The notes beneath the pieces were generated by a model. The model saw nothing but the letters and a program-made list of their open reading frames with translations. It ran no database searches and was not told where the DNA came from. This document shows, in pieces, positions 19,794-28,389 of a stretch of 42,812 nt of DNA (positions are counted from its first letter, which is position 1; each line of letters opens with the position of its first letter). Source of the DNA: Candidatus Fermentibacterota bacterium (GTDB lineage Bacteria > JAFGKV01); NCBI GenBank assembly GCA_016928395.1, contig JAFGKV010000016.1:1-42812 (forward strand). Direction: 5' to 3'. Made by a program: the position numbers and the translations under genes.

Positions 19794-20984
19794 ATGCTAG
19801 CAACCAGAGACTGCGTATTCACTTCGGAATCGGTGACGGAGGGCCACCCCGACAAGGTGTGTGACCAGATTTCCGATGCCGTATTGGACGCAGTGCTTCA
19901 GGACGACATCGAAAGAGGGCGGATCGGCCAGAGCCGAGTCGCATGCGAGACCTTCATCACAGTTGGACTGGTTATCGTTGGCGGGGAGATCTCCACCGAA
20001 GCGTGGGTCGATGTCAACGAGTTGGTGCGCAACCTCGTGCGCGAGATCGGCTACACCAATAAGAAGTACGGTTTCAACTACTCGACCTGCGGCATCCTCA
20101 ACGCGATCGGCCGCCAGTCTCCCGATATCGCCCAGGGCGTCAATGTCGGCGGCGCCGGCGACCAGGGCCTCATGATCGGGTTCGCCTGTGACGAGACATC
20201 CGAGCTCATGCCGATGCCCATCAGCCTGGCCCACAAGATCACCTTGCGTCTCGCCGAAGTACGTCGGGCCAATATCCTGCCCTACCTTGGCCCAGACGGC
20301 AAATCGCAGGTCACCGTCGAGTATCGCGAGGGCAAGCCCCACCGCGTCGATACGGTGGTCATCGCCGCCCAGCATACGGAAGAAATCCTGGATCCTGCCC
20401 GCAACAATGCCTTCATCACCAAGGCCGCCAAGGACGAGATCATCGACAAGGTGGCGCTGGCTGTTCTGCCTAAGGACTTGGTTGATGCGAAGACCAAGTT
20501 CTATGTGAACGAGACGGGCAAGTTCGTGGTGGGCGGACCCCAATCGGACACCGGCATGACCGGCCGCAAGATCATCGTTGATACCTACGGTGGATGGGCG
20601 CCCCATGGCGGCGGTGCGTTCTCAGGCAAGGATCCGACCAAGGTCGATCGTTCTGCCACCTACATGGCACGCTATGTCGCCAAGAACCTCGTCGCCGCCG
20701 GTCTGGCCCGGGAGGCATTGGTGCAGCTCGCCTATGCCATCGGCGTGGCCGAACCAGTATCCGTCATGATCGACACGGCCGGCACTGGCGTCGTCCCGGA
20801 TACCCAGCTCACGACCATGGTGAGGAAGGCGTTCCCTCTGACCCCGAAGGGAATGATCGATCACCTGCAGCTTCTTCGGCCCATTTACTGCAAGACCGCA
20901 TCCTACGGGCACTTCGGTCGTTCGCTGCCCGAGTTCACCTGGGAGGCCACTGACAAGGCCGGGGAGCTGAAGAAACTGGCGTAG
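19794..20984 (+). CDS. metK: S-adenosylmethionine synthetase
   Basis: [30 protein letters not shown] and GGGAFSGKD motifs; AAGGAGG RBS. Confidence 0.98.
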   Translation: MLATRDCVFTSESVTEGHPDKVCDQISDAVLDAVLQDDIERGRIGQSRVACETFITVGLVIVGGEISTEAWVDVNELVRNLVREIGYTNKKYGFNYSTCGILNAIGRQSPDIAQGVNVGGAGDQGLMIGFACDETSELMPMPISLAHKITLRLAEVRRANILPYLGPDGKSQVTVEYREGKPHRVDTVVIAAQHTEEILDPARNNAFITKAAKDEIIDKVALAVLPKDLVDAKTKFYVNETGKFVVGGPQSDTGMTGRKIIVDTYGGWAPHGGGAFSGKDPTKVDRSATYMARYVAKNLVAAGLAREALVQLAYAIGVAEPVSVMIDTAGTGVVPDTQLTTMVRKAFPLTPKGMIDHLQLLRPIYCKTASYGHFGRSLPEFTWEATDKAGELKKLA

Positions 20985-21003
20985 AATCAATTCCAATTGC
21001 AGC

Positions 21004-21042
21004 CACGCTCCCGGTGGGGAATCCACCGGGAGCGTGTTTGTT
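21004..21042 (+). terminator. Rho-independent terminator of metK
   Basis: 14-bp perfect stem CACGCTCCCGGTGG/CCACCGGGAGCGTG followed by TTTGTT. Confidence 0.85.
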
Positions 21043-21322
21043 GGACAGGTTGCGGGGTTCACGTGGCCACTGAAAGGGCCCACACTGTGGGGGTGAACCG
21101 CAGACGAGCGAAGGCACGATGTCGTTCTTCAAGCAGGTCATGAGGTTTCAAACGCACTCAGGCCCCGGGCGACGCTGACGATACATGGTGTAACTTCCGA
21201 TGCTGTCGCGTCACGTCACAGCTCAGTTCAGCGGGCATAGTTGCCCCCGTACCTGTTTACTCACTTCTGCGCCTCTCCCCTTCCACTTCTCTCCTACTTC
21301 GGCCACCGCAGGCGCGCGGCAT

Positions 21323-24300
21323 TCAACTGAGGTACGCGTACGGATTCCATTGTGTGCCCTTGATCTCTGCATACAGATCACGCACGCGACGCACCTCGCG
21401 GGCGTGAAGCATACTGGTCCGGTACGTATGATTGTCGAGACGCTCCAAGTGTTGTCCCAGAACGGCCAGCGCCTCATCCAGAGTCTGACAGGCGTCTTCG
21501 GTGAGTCCCAACGCATTCTGAGCGCGGGCCAGAAAATACGAACACCTCATCAAGCCCGGTAGGTCATCCCGCGCCAGGCTCGCCCGGGCACGGGTCAACA
21601 CTTCGACCGCCTCATCTGCCGATGAGTCGGGCGAAAGCAGCATATGCATACCCTCGAGGCAACGCACCTCATCCCCGTCCACCACAGCCTCCAACGCGGA
21701 TTCCCGGATTCTGGCCAACTCATCCGCGCCCTTGTCCAGCGCGCCGGTCTCGAACAGCACTTCGGCGAGGCGAATCCGACTCATGACAGCAAGCTGGTCC
21801 GTGCCCAGGCGCTGGAACACCTGAACCGCAGCACGGTAGCGCTCCTCGGCCGCCGGCAAATCGCCTTCCAGCCAGGCCAGATAGCCGAGGCCGAACTGCC
21901 CGTAGCCAAGACCAAGTTCATTCCCTATCCTCTCGCTGGTAGCCATGTACCGCACGTAGTATTCCCTGGCCAGACCGACCTGATTGAGGCTCCCGTAGGT
22001 CTCGGCGAGGTTGTAGTGAGCAATAGCCAAACCCAGGGCGTCATCGATCTGGGAATTGAGCCGGGCAGCTTCCAGCAGAAGATCTATGGAGCGTTCGGAA
22101 TCTCCCAGGGAGGAATAGCAGGAAGACATGTTGTTGACCACCGCAGACTCCCCGATCCGATCTCCCTGGCTGCGGTACAGCTCCAGGGATCGGTCATAGT
22201 GGCCCAGAGCCTCTTGTGCGCGTGCCTTCTCCTGACACACATCACCCATCCGCTTGTGGTAGGCAGCCCAAAGATGCAGGATCTCCGGACTCTGAGGAGC
22301 CGACTGGAGGAGCAGTCGCACCTCCTCCAATCGTGCCGTCGCGGCGGAGAACCTCCCCTCCAGATAGTCGAGATAGACCAGCGATACCAATAGATCGGCC
22401 TTTCCCACGGCATCCGGTACAAGGGCCAACGCCTTGTCATACCATGTGCGGGCATCGGGATATTTGCTGCGTTTCTGGGCATTGTTACCGATGGTTGTCA
22501 TGACCGCTGCCAGATCTCCAGCACCCTCGGCCAGTTCCAGCGCCCGAAACAGCGACTCCTCCGCGGCATCGCCCTGGCCGATCAGACTCAGAAACTCGCC
22601 GCGGCTGCGATGAGCAAACAGAAGATCGCTACGGGGTGCCGACTTCTCCTCGACCCGAGCCAGGTAGGCATCCAACCAGTGAAGGGCCTCCCGTGTTGCC
22701 TGTCGCTCTACGGCCACCTTGGCCGCCTGAAGGGCATAGTGGAGTGCTTTCGCAGTGTCAGTACTCTGGATGTAGTGGTGTGCCACGGCGGAGAGTATGT
22801 CCGGGTGTCTCTCTATCAACCGTTCGCAGAACCTTCCCATGCGCGCATGCAGGAGAGCTCTGGTGGCGTGCGGGAGATCTCGGTAAATGAAGCTCCGCAC
22901 TATGCCATGCGCGAAATCGTAGAGGGGCTGCGATCCGGCGACTTCGGCCACGATACCCGCCTTGAGGGCCTCCTCGAGGCATTCGGCTACCTCCAGCTCT
23001 GACCGGTCAGCGACTTCGGTCAGAAGGTCCACCGAGAACGGCCGCTCCGAGAGCGATGCCGTTCGCAGCAGCCGCATCGTGGGTTCGGAAAGCGATTCGA
23101 GGCGCCGAGAAATAGTCTGTGCCAACGATGCAGGTAATGCCGGCTGAGAGCCAAGCCGGTACTCCCATCTTCCGCCGGCACGTGCAACAATCCGCCCTGA
23201 ATCTCTGAGGGATCGCAGTAGTTCCAGGAGAAACAGCGGGTTCCCTCCGCTCTGCCGGTACAGAGTCCCTAACATCTCGAAGGGCACGGCAGGATCATGG
23301 AGAGCCAGGGTCACAAGGCTGGTGGCATTGTCTGCATCCAGATTGCCCAGGCTCACCGTGACGGAGGGAATGCTTCCGGCAAGGCCGCGGATGAAATCAA
23401 AGGTATCACTCGGCTGGCTGCCCCCCTGCCGAACGGTCACGGCCACCGCCACTGGGGCGTCTCCCAATGAGCGGAGAAGGAAAGCCAGAAGATCCAGATC
23501 ATGACGGGGCATCCACTGCGCGTCATCGAGCACCAGCAGCACGGGCCGCACCTTAGCCATGGCTTGAATGACGTGGAGAAGATCATCGAACACGCGGAAT
23601 CTGAGGCCATCCTCCGTAAAAAACCTCCCGTCTTGCTCCGAGTGGGGAAAACCGGGGAGCAAAGTCACGGAGGCCTGATGCACGGGCCCAACGATCTGGT
23701 GAATCTGCCGGACCTGGTGGTCCGGCAAGGCAGCAAGCCAGGCTTGAATCGGCGTTGCCGCGAAGGAATAGGGTTCGACTTGGCCGAACTCAGGACTGGC
23801 GCCCCTGTGCACAAGACATCCTCGAAAGATGCCGTAGCGCGCCAGCTCATCGGCAAGTCTCGTCTTGCCGACCCCGACATCCCCGGCAATCACCGCAAGC
23901 CTCGGCCCTTGCGCCAGGGCTTCATCAAGAACCTGTCGAAGCATGCGCACCTCGCGAGTCCGGCCAACGAGATCTGTCACTCCCAGATCGTTGCGGGGTA
24001 GACGTGACGTGCAGGGGTCGAATACTACCGCGCGGTTGCGACCCGCATGTTTTGCCTGGTACAGGGCAAGATCCGCCCGAGTTAGGACGTCGTCCAGGGA
24101 TGCGTCCTCGGCTAGTCGCTCCGCTATGCCTATGGACAGTGTGAGTGTGAAGCGATGAGGAAACGTCAGTCGCGAAATCGCATCCATGATACGATCCGCA
24201 AAGTTCATCGCCCCTCGAACATCGGTGGCCGGAAAAACCGCAGCAAACTCGTCACCGCCATAGCGCAACACCGAATCGCCGGCTCGCGCGTTCCGTCGGA

Positions 24301-24487
24301 ACGCTGCGCCCACCTCTGCCAGCACGAGGTCCCCGAGGAGATGCCCATATGCATCGTTGATCAGCTTGAACTGATCAACGTCGATCATCATGACGGTCCA
24401 CACATCGTGGTGACGGGTCTGGGTGAAACCACTCCGTAGTTCATCCAGCAGCTCCCGGCCCGGCAACCCCGTGAGTCTATCGGTCAT
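21323..24487 (-). CDS. Diguanylate cyclase (GGDEF) fused to STAND/AAA_16 ATPase and TPR array
   Basis: D.LTGL, FKLIND.YGH, RAGD(I-site)-SVLRY-GGDEF; Walker A GDVGVGKT; Walker B LVLDDAQW; GGNPLF; FAH; C-terminal TPRs. Confidence 0.9.
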   Translation of the reverse strand: MTDRLTGLPGRELLDELRSGFTQTRHHDVWTVMMIDVDQFKLINDAYGHLLGDLVLAEVGAAFRRNARAGDSVLRYGGDEFAAVFPATDVRGAMNFADRIMDAISRLTFPHRFTLTLSIGIAERLAEDASLDDVLTRADLALYQAKHAGRNRAVVFDPCTSRLPRNDLGVTDLVGRTREVRMLRQVLDEALAQGPRLAVIAGDVGVGKTRLADELARYGIFRGCLVHRGASPEFGQVEPYSFAATPIQAWLAALPDHQVRQIHQIVGPVHQASVTLLPGFPHSEQDGRFFTEDGLRFRVFDDLLHVIQAMAKVRPVLLVLDDAQWMPRHDLDLLAFLLRSLGDAPVAVAVTVRQGGSQPSDTFDFIRGLAGSIPSVTVSLGNLDADNATSLVTLALHDPAVPFEMLGTLYRQSGGNPLFLLELLRSLRDSGRIVARAGGRWEYRLGSQPALPASLAQTISRRLESLSEPTMRLLRTASLSERPFSVDLLTEVADRSELEVAECLEEALKAGIVAEVAGSQPLYDFAHGIVRSFIYRDLPHATRALLHARMGRFCERLIERHPDILSAVAHHYIQSTDTAKALHYALQAAKVAVERQATREALHWLDAYLARVEEKSAPRSDLLFAHRSRGEFLSLIGQGDAAEESLFRALELAEGAGDLAAVMTTIGNNAQKRSKYPDARTWYDKALALVPDAVGKADLLVSLVYLDYLEGRFSAATARLEEVRLLLQSAPQSPEILHLWAAYHKRMGDVCQEKARAQEALGHYDRSLELYRSQGDRIGESAVVNNMSSCYSSLGDSERSIDLLLEAARLNSQIDDALGLAIAHYNLAETYGSLNQVGLAREYYVRYMATSERIGNELGLGYGQFGLGYLAWLEGDLPAAEERYRAAVQVFQRLGTDQLAVMSRIRLAEVLFETGALDKGADELARIRESALEAVVDGDEVRCLEGMHMLLSPDSSADEAVEVLTRARASLARDDLPGLMRCSYFLARAQNALGLTEDACQTLDEALAVLGQHLERLDNHTYRTSMLHAREVRRVRDLYAEIKGTQWNPYAYLS

Positions 24488-24989
24488 ACGCCCACCTTCA
24501 GTCGTGACGATGGTATGGGGGTCATAAGACCAGCGCCCTCAGTAAACTGAGGACTCCGCGCTCTCTGGGCAACCACGATTCGCGTTTTGGCGCGCCACCG
24601 CAGATACAAGGGGTAGCCGCTGGGGTTGCGGAATTCCAAACCCGGGGTTTCAGGACGGTGAAGCGGGAGCCCGAATCGCGCGGGCTCAGCTGCCGTGCGG
24701 TTACGGAGTCCTGACCCCACAAGATGGGCGGAGATCCGAGCGTTGCCCTCCTGCTAGGTATGGGTCTATAAGGCCGCCTGTACTGAAGATCCGCCATCGA
24801 TATCGGGGTCGAAACCTGCCCCGAAGGTCCCACTGGGTTTGCGATACGATAAGAGGAGATGGGTCAGGATGGGATGAACAAGACGCGCAACCGTCAGATC
24901 TATGTACTCTCAAAGGCGGCCTGCAACCGTACCCCCACACATCCGTTAGTTCCTGCTCCCACGCGTGTGAACCACAGGCGGTACACACA

Positions 24990-25026
24990 CGGCGCCACCC
25001 AGGCGAATCGCGCCGGGGTGGCGCCG
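24990..25026 (-). terminator. Hairpin immediately 3' of tmRNA
   Basis: CGGCGCCACCC pairs with GGGTGGCGCCG; only a weak UGUGU tail. Confidence 0.55.
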
Positions 25027-25029
25027 TTC

Positions 25030-25379
25030 TGGTGGAGGCGGCGGGAATCGAACCCGCGTCCGAAGCTGCCTCAGCCAAGGCTCTACGTGTGTGTCCTGTC
25101 GTTTGAGTCTCGCTCCCTTACGCTCCGGCAGGCAGGATCGTCAGGCAGCCAGTCCCTGAATCTCGCCCGGCAGCGTCGGAACTCCACGCCGGACCAGCCC
25201 ACGTAATCGGCGCCTGATCCCGGCCCCGCAGGCGCAAGCCAGGTCAGACGTGGCCGCTCTTAGGCAGCCAGGAGATACTGCTCGTTGGCAGTTGTTTGTT
25301 TCCCGCTTTTTAACGAGGCCGCGGGGACCTCGACACGCAACCCGGGCGTCATCCAACCCCGTCGAATCCATTCGCCCCC
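25030..25379 (-). ncRNA. ssrA: tmRNA; tag (A)ANEQYLLAA at 25289-25260
   Basis: 5' GGGGGCG..GGATTCGAC; 3' GGGTTCGATTCCCGCCGCCTCCACCA with G-U acceptor pair; resume codon GCC; tag ends LAA-TAA; 350 nt. Confidence 0.97.
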
Positions 25380-25390
25380 ATGTCGTGATG

Positions 25391-25419
25391 ATAGTAGCAA
25401 AAACAGGTTCTGCTGTCAA
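25391..25419 (-). promoter_or_regulatory. ssrA sigma70 promoter
   Basis: TTGACA-N17-TACTAT with an extended -10 TG. Confidence 0.8.
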
Positions 25420-25490
25420 GACGTTCGACAGGTGGTTGCGCCATTGCGTTTTACGTGTTGCTTGGTGGGCCGCGGCAAGGAGGAGTCCTG

Positions 25491-25754
25491 ATGTGTCTAG
25501 CAGTTCCCGCGCAGGTACTGTCCCTTGATGAGACCGGTCATGCGTGCGTCGATTTGGACGGCGTGCACCACGAGGCGTGTGTCGAACTCGTGCCCGATGT
25601 CCGCATCGGTGATTTTGTGATCGTCCATGCCGGATTTGCCATTAGCCTCATCGATCCGCAGGAAGCGGAGGAGACCCTGGAGCTGTTTCGTCAACTGAAT
25701 AGGTTAGCGCGCGCACCCTCGACCCTGGATCAAGCGGCAGAACCTGCCTTGTGA
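25491..25754 (+). CDS. hypC: Hydrogenase maturation chaperone HypC
   Basis: MCLAVP start and GDFVIVHAGFAI; AAGGAGG RBS. Confidence 0.95.
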   Translation: MCLAVPAQVLSLDETGHACVDLDGVHHEACVELVPDVRIGDFVIVHAGFAISLIDPQEAEETLELFRQLNRLARAPSTLDQAAEPAL

Positions 25755-25984
25755 GTGAGGGGCTGGGGATAGCCGGGTGTACGCAACATTGGGTACCGAA
25801 TGACTAAAGGGAAGGGTCAAAGCCGCACTCCAGAGTTCGCAGCCCAGGAGTTCTCACCATCCCCCTTGCCCCACCGCTGTGCTCCTCCCCTACCCCGTTC
25901 ATTCCCTGTGCGTGGTCAGCAGTACGCCCTGAGCCGCTCACGACGCGAGCCCATGCGCGAATCTGTCGCCTCGGGGCCGTCTCC

Positions 25985-27079
25985 ATGAAGTACCTCACTG
26001 AATTCCGGCAGGCTTCGCTTCGCGATGGGCTCGTGCAGGCAATCAGCGCGGTCGCCCGACCGGTCAGAATCATGGAAGTCTGCGGCGGCCATACCCATGC
26101 CATCTGTAAGTACGGCCTCGCCTCGCTGCTGCCACCGGAGGTTCGGCTCATTCACGGCCCCGGCTGCCCGGTCTGCATCGTGCCGCCAGGCACGGTGGCT
26201 CATGCCGTGGAACTGGCCCAACGCCCCGGCACCATCGTGGCATGCTTTGGCGACATCATGCGGGTACCATCACCGCGGGGAACACTGCTCTCCTTGGCGC
26301 GACGCGATGGCCGAGTCCGCATGGTGTACTCAGCCATGGATGCCCTAAACCTGGCACGGGAGAACCCAGGGATACACGTGGTGTTCTTGGCCATCGGTTT
26401 CGAGACCACTGCGCCGTCAACTGCCGTGGTTCTTCGGCGCACCCGTACCCAGGCCATTCCCAACTTTTCGGTACTGTCTGCCCATTACCTGGTGCCGCCG
26501 GCCCTCCGGGCCCTCATGGCCGATCCCGCGACTCAAGTCGACGCATTCATCGCGCCGGGTCACGTCTCAACCATCATCGGTCTCGATGCCTACCGGTTCC
26601 TGGCCGACGAGAAGGGATGCCCCGTGGTTGCAACGGGGTTTGAGCCCCTGGATATCTTGCACGCTGTGCTCATGATCCTCACCCAGCTCGACCGAAACGA
26701 GACTGCGGTGGAAAACCAATACCGCAGGGCAGTGCGCGTGGGTGGGAATCCCGCGGCCAGGGATGCCATGGCTGAAGTATTCACGCCCTTCGACGCAGAG
26801 TGGCGAGGGCTGGGCGTGATAGCCCAATCAGGCCTAGCCGTGGCTCAGGCGTATGCCCAGTGGGATGCTGTCGCACTCTACGGCGCTGTGGAGTCAAACG
26901 AAACGACCGATGGGGCCGGATGCCGCTGCGGGGATGTCCTGCGAGGCATCATCAGCCCTGATGCCTGCGGTTTGTTCGCCGTGCGCTGCACGCCCGACAA
27001 CCCCTGCGGCCCGTGCATGGTCAGCACCGAGGGCGCCTGTGCCGCATACTATCGCTACGGTCTCGGGAGTCGAAAGTGA
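25985..27079 (+). CDS. hypD: Hydrogenase maturation protein HypD
   Basis: MEVCGGHT, GPGCPVC, GFETT, PGHVS and CMVS.EG.C motifs. Confidence 0.97.
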   Translation: MKYLTEFRQASLRDGLVQAISAVARPVRIMEVCGGHTHAICKYGLASLLPPEVRLIHGPGCPVCIVPPGTVAHAVELAQRPGTIVACFGDIMRVPSPRGTLLSLARRDGRVRMVYSAMDALNLARENPGIHVVFLAIGFETTAPSTAVVLRRTRTQAIPNFSVLSAHYLVPPALRALMADPATQVDAFIAPGHVSTIIGLDAYRFLADEKGCPVVATGFEPLDILHAVLMILTQLDRNETAVENQYRRAVRVGGNPAARDAMAEVFTPFDAEWRGLGVIAQSGLAVAQAYAQWDAVALYGAVESNETTDGAGCRCGDVLRGIISPDACGLFAVRCTPDNPCGPCMVSTEGACAAYYRYGLGSRK

Positions 27080-28104
27080 GAGACGCCGCCATCCCCATGA
27101 CCACTGTCACCCTTGCCCACGGGGCCGGCGGCCGGGCCAGCGATGACCTTTTGCGAAGGGTTATCCTCCCGGCATTGGGTACATCTACAGAGCGGGCTCT
27201 GTGCGATTCCGCCGTATTCGACAGTCCTGGCGGGAGGATCGCATTCACCACCGACGGATTCACCGTCACGCCGTTGTTTTTCCCCGGCAGCAGTATCGGA
27301 CGACTGGCAGTGTTCGGCACCGTCAATGATCTGGCGATGGCGGGGGCCATCCCCCACGCCCTCTCCCTGGCCATGGTCGCCGAGGAAGGCCTCGCCATGA
27401 ATGTGATGCGCCGAGTTCTGGAGGATGTCGGGGCGGCATCGGCCGAAGCCGGAGTCCGCATCGTGACCGGTGACACCAAGGTAGTAGGTAGAGGCGCCGT
27501 CGATAAGCTCTTCCTGACGACTTCAGGCATCGGGGTAATCGGGCCCGGGACGCCGCCATTGTCGCCGGAACGGGCACGGCCGGGCGACGCAATCCTGGTG
27601 AGTGGGACGGTGGGTGATCACGGCGTGGCCGTTCTCGCGGCCCGAGAGAACCTCTCCTTCTCCCCTACCGTAGAGAGCGATTGCGCTCCTCTTGCCGATC
27701 TCGTACAACGGCTGCTGGCGGCTGCTCCGGGGACGCGGTGCCTGCGTGATCCGACCCGGGGAGGGATTGCCGCAACATTGAACGAGTTCGCCCACGGATC
27801 GCGCGCAGGCATCGAGGTGGACGAGGATACCATTCCGATACGGCGCCCGGTAAGGGCCCTGTGCGAAATCCTCGGCCTGGATCCCTTGTACCTCGCAAAC
27901 GAAGGCAAACTGGTGGCCGTGGTGGATGCACTTCAGGCCGATGCGGCCCTAGCGGCGCTCAGGTGTCATCCCCAGGGCGCCGAGGCCTGCATCCTCGGCA
28001 GGATGACGGCTGATCACCCCGGCACGGTAGTCATACGGACCGAGTTGGGCACGCACCGAATCGTGGAGTACCCCACCGGCGAGCTACTGCCGCGGATTTG
28101 CTGA
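27076..28104 (+). CDS. hypE: Hydrogenase maturation protein HypE (GTG 27076 or ATG 27097)
   Basis: HGAGG, GTVNDLA, GDTKVV, RDPTRGG, ANEGK and C-terminal PRIC. Confidence 0.97.
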   Translation: MRDAAIPMTTVTLAHGAGGRASDDLLRRVILPALGTSTERALCDSAVFDSPGGRIAFTTDGFTVTPLFFPGSSIGRLAVFGTVNDLAMAGAIPHALSLAMVAEEGLAMNVMRRVLEDVGAASAEAGVRIVTGDTKVVGRGAVDKLFLTTSGIGVIGPGTPPLSPERARPGDAILVSGTVGDHGVAVLAARENLSFSPTVESDCAPLADLVQRLLAAAPGTRCLRDPTRGGIAATLNEFAHGSRAGIEVDEDTIPIRRPVRALCEILGLDPLYLANEGKLVAVVDALQADAALAALRCHPQGAEACILGRMTADHPGTVVIRTELGTHRIVEYPTGELLPRIC

Positions 28105-28117
28105 AGCCGACAAGAGC

Positions 28118-28274
28118 AGCCGTTTCCGTCGCGTGGCGTTCGATGGGCGGTGCTTTGCCCTGAATTCTGAACCCTGGGAACTCATCGCGAATCGAGGCGA
28201 TAGTGTTCTGCCCCAGAACCAGGTTCACGCACTCAAGGAAGCGAGACCCGCGACATCCACGGCGCGACGAGGGC
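28118..28274 (+). ncRNA. ssrS: Probable 6S RNA
   Basis: Rod-like fold. CGTCGCG (28127-33) pairs with CGCGACG (28263-69); GGCGTTCG...CGACATCC closing motif; central bubble; TGAACC (28168-73) pairs with GGTTCA (28222-27); apical ATCGC/GCGAT stem. Confidence 0.55.
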
Positions 28275-28389
28275 ACATGTCCGTTGTGCTATCTAACCGA
28301 CGAGCAACGCAGTAGGTCGTGAGGTATCGTCCAAGGAGGTCGAGATGTATCGGCCTCATCATGTGATGGGACTTCTGGGACGGGACACT

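Noticed and set aside
24775-24838. Hammerhead-like core CTGAAGA...GAAACCT-GCCCCGA-AGGTC
   Set aside because: Stem III and the GUC triplet fit, but stem I does not pair and stem II lacks the closing 10.1-11.1 pair.
24488-25029. Integrated element or att duplication at the tmRNA 3' end (likewise at tRNA-Ser)
   Set aside because: I found no integrase and no duplicate of either RNA's 3' end in the window.
24701-25528. ORFs overlapping the tmRNA (and 16651..17130 over the tRNA)
   Set aside because: They are shadows of the RNA genes.
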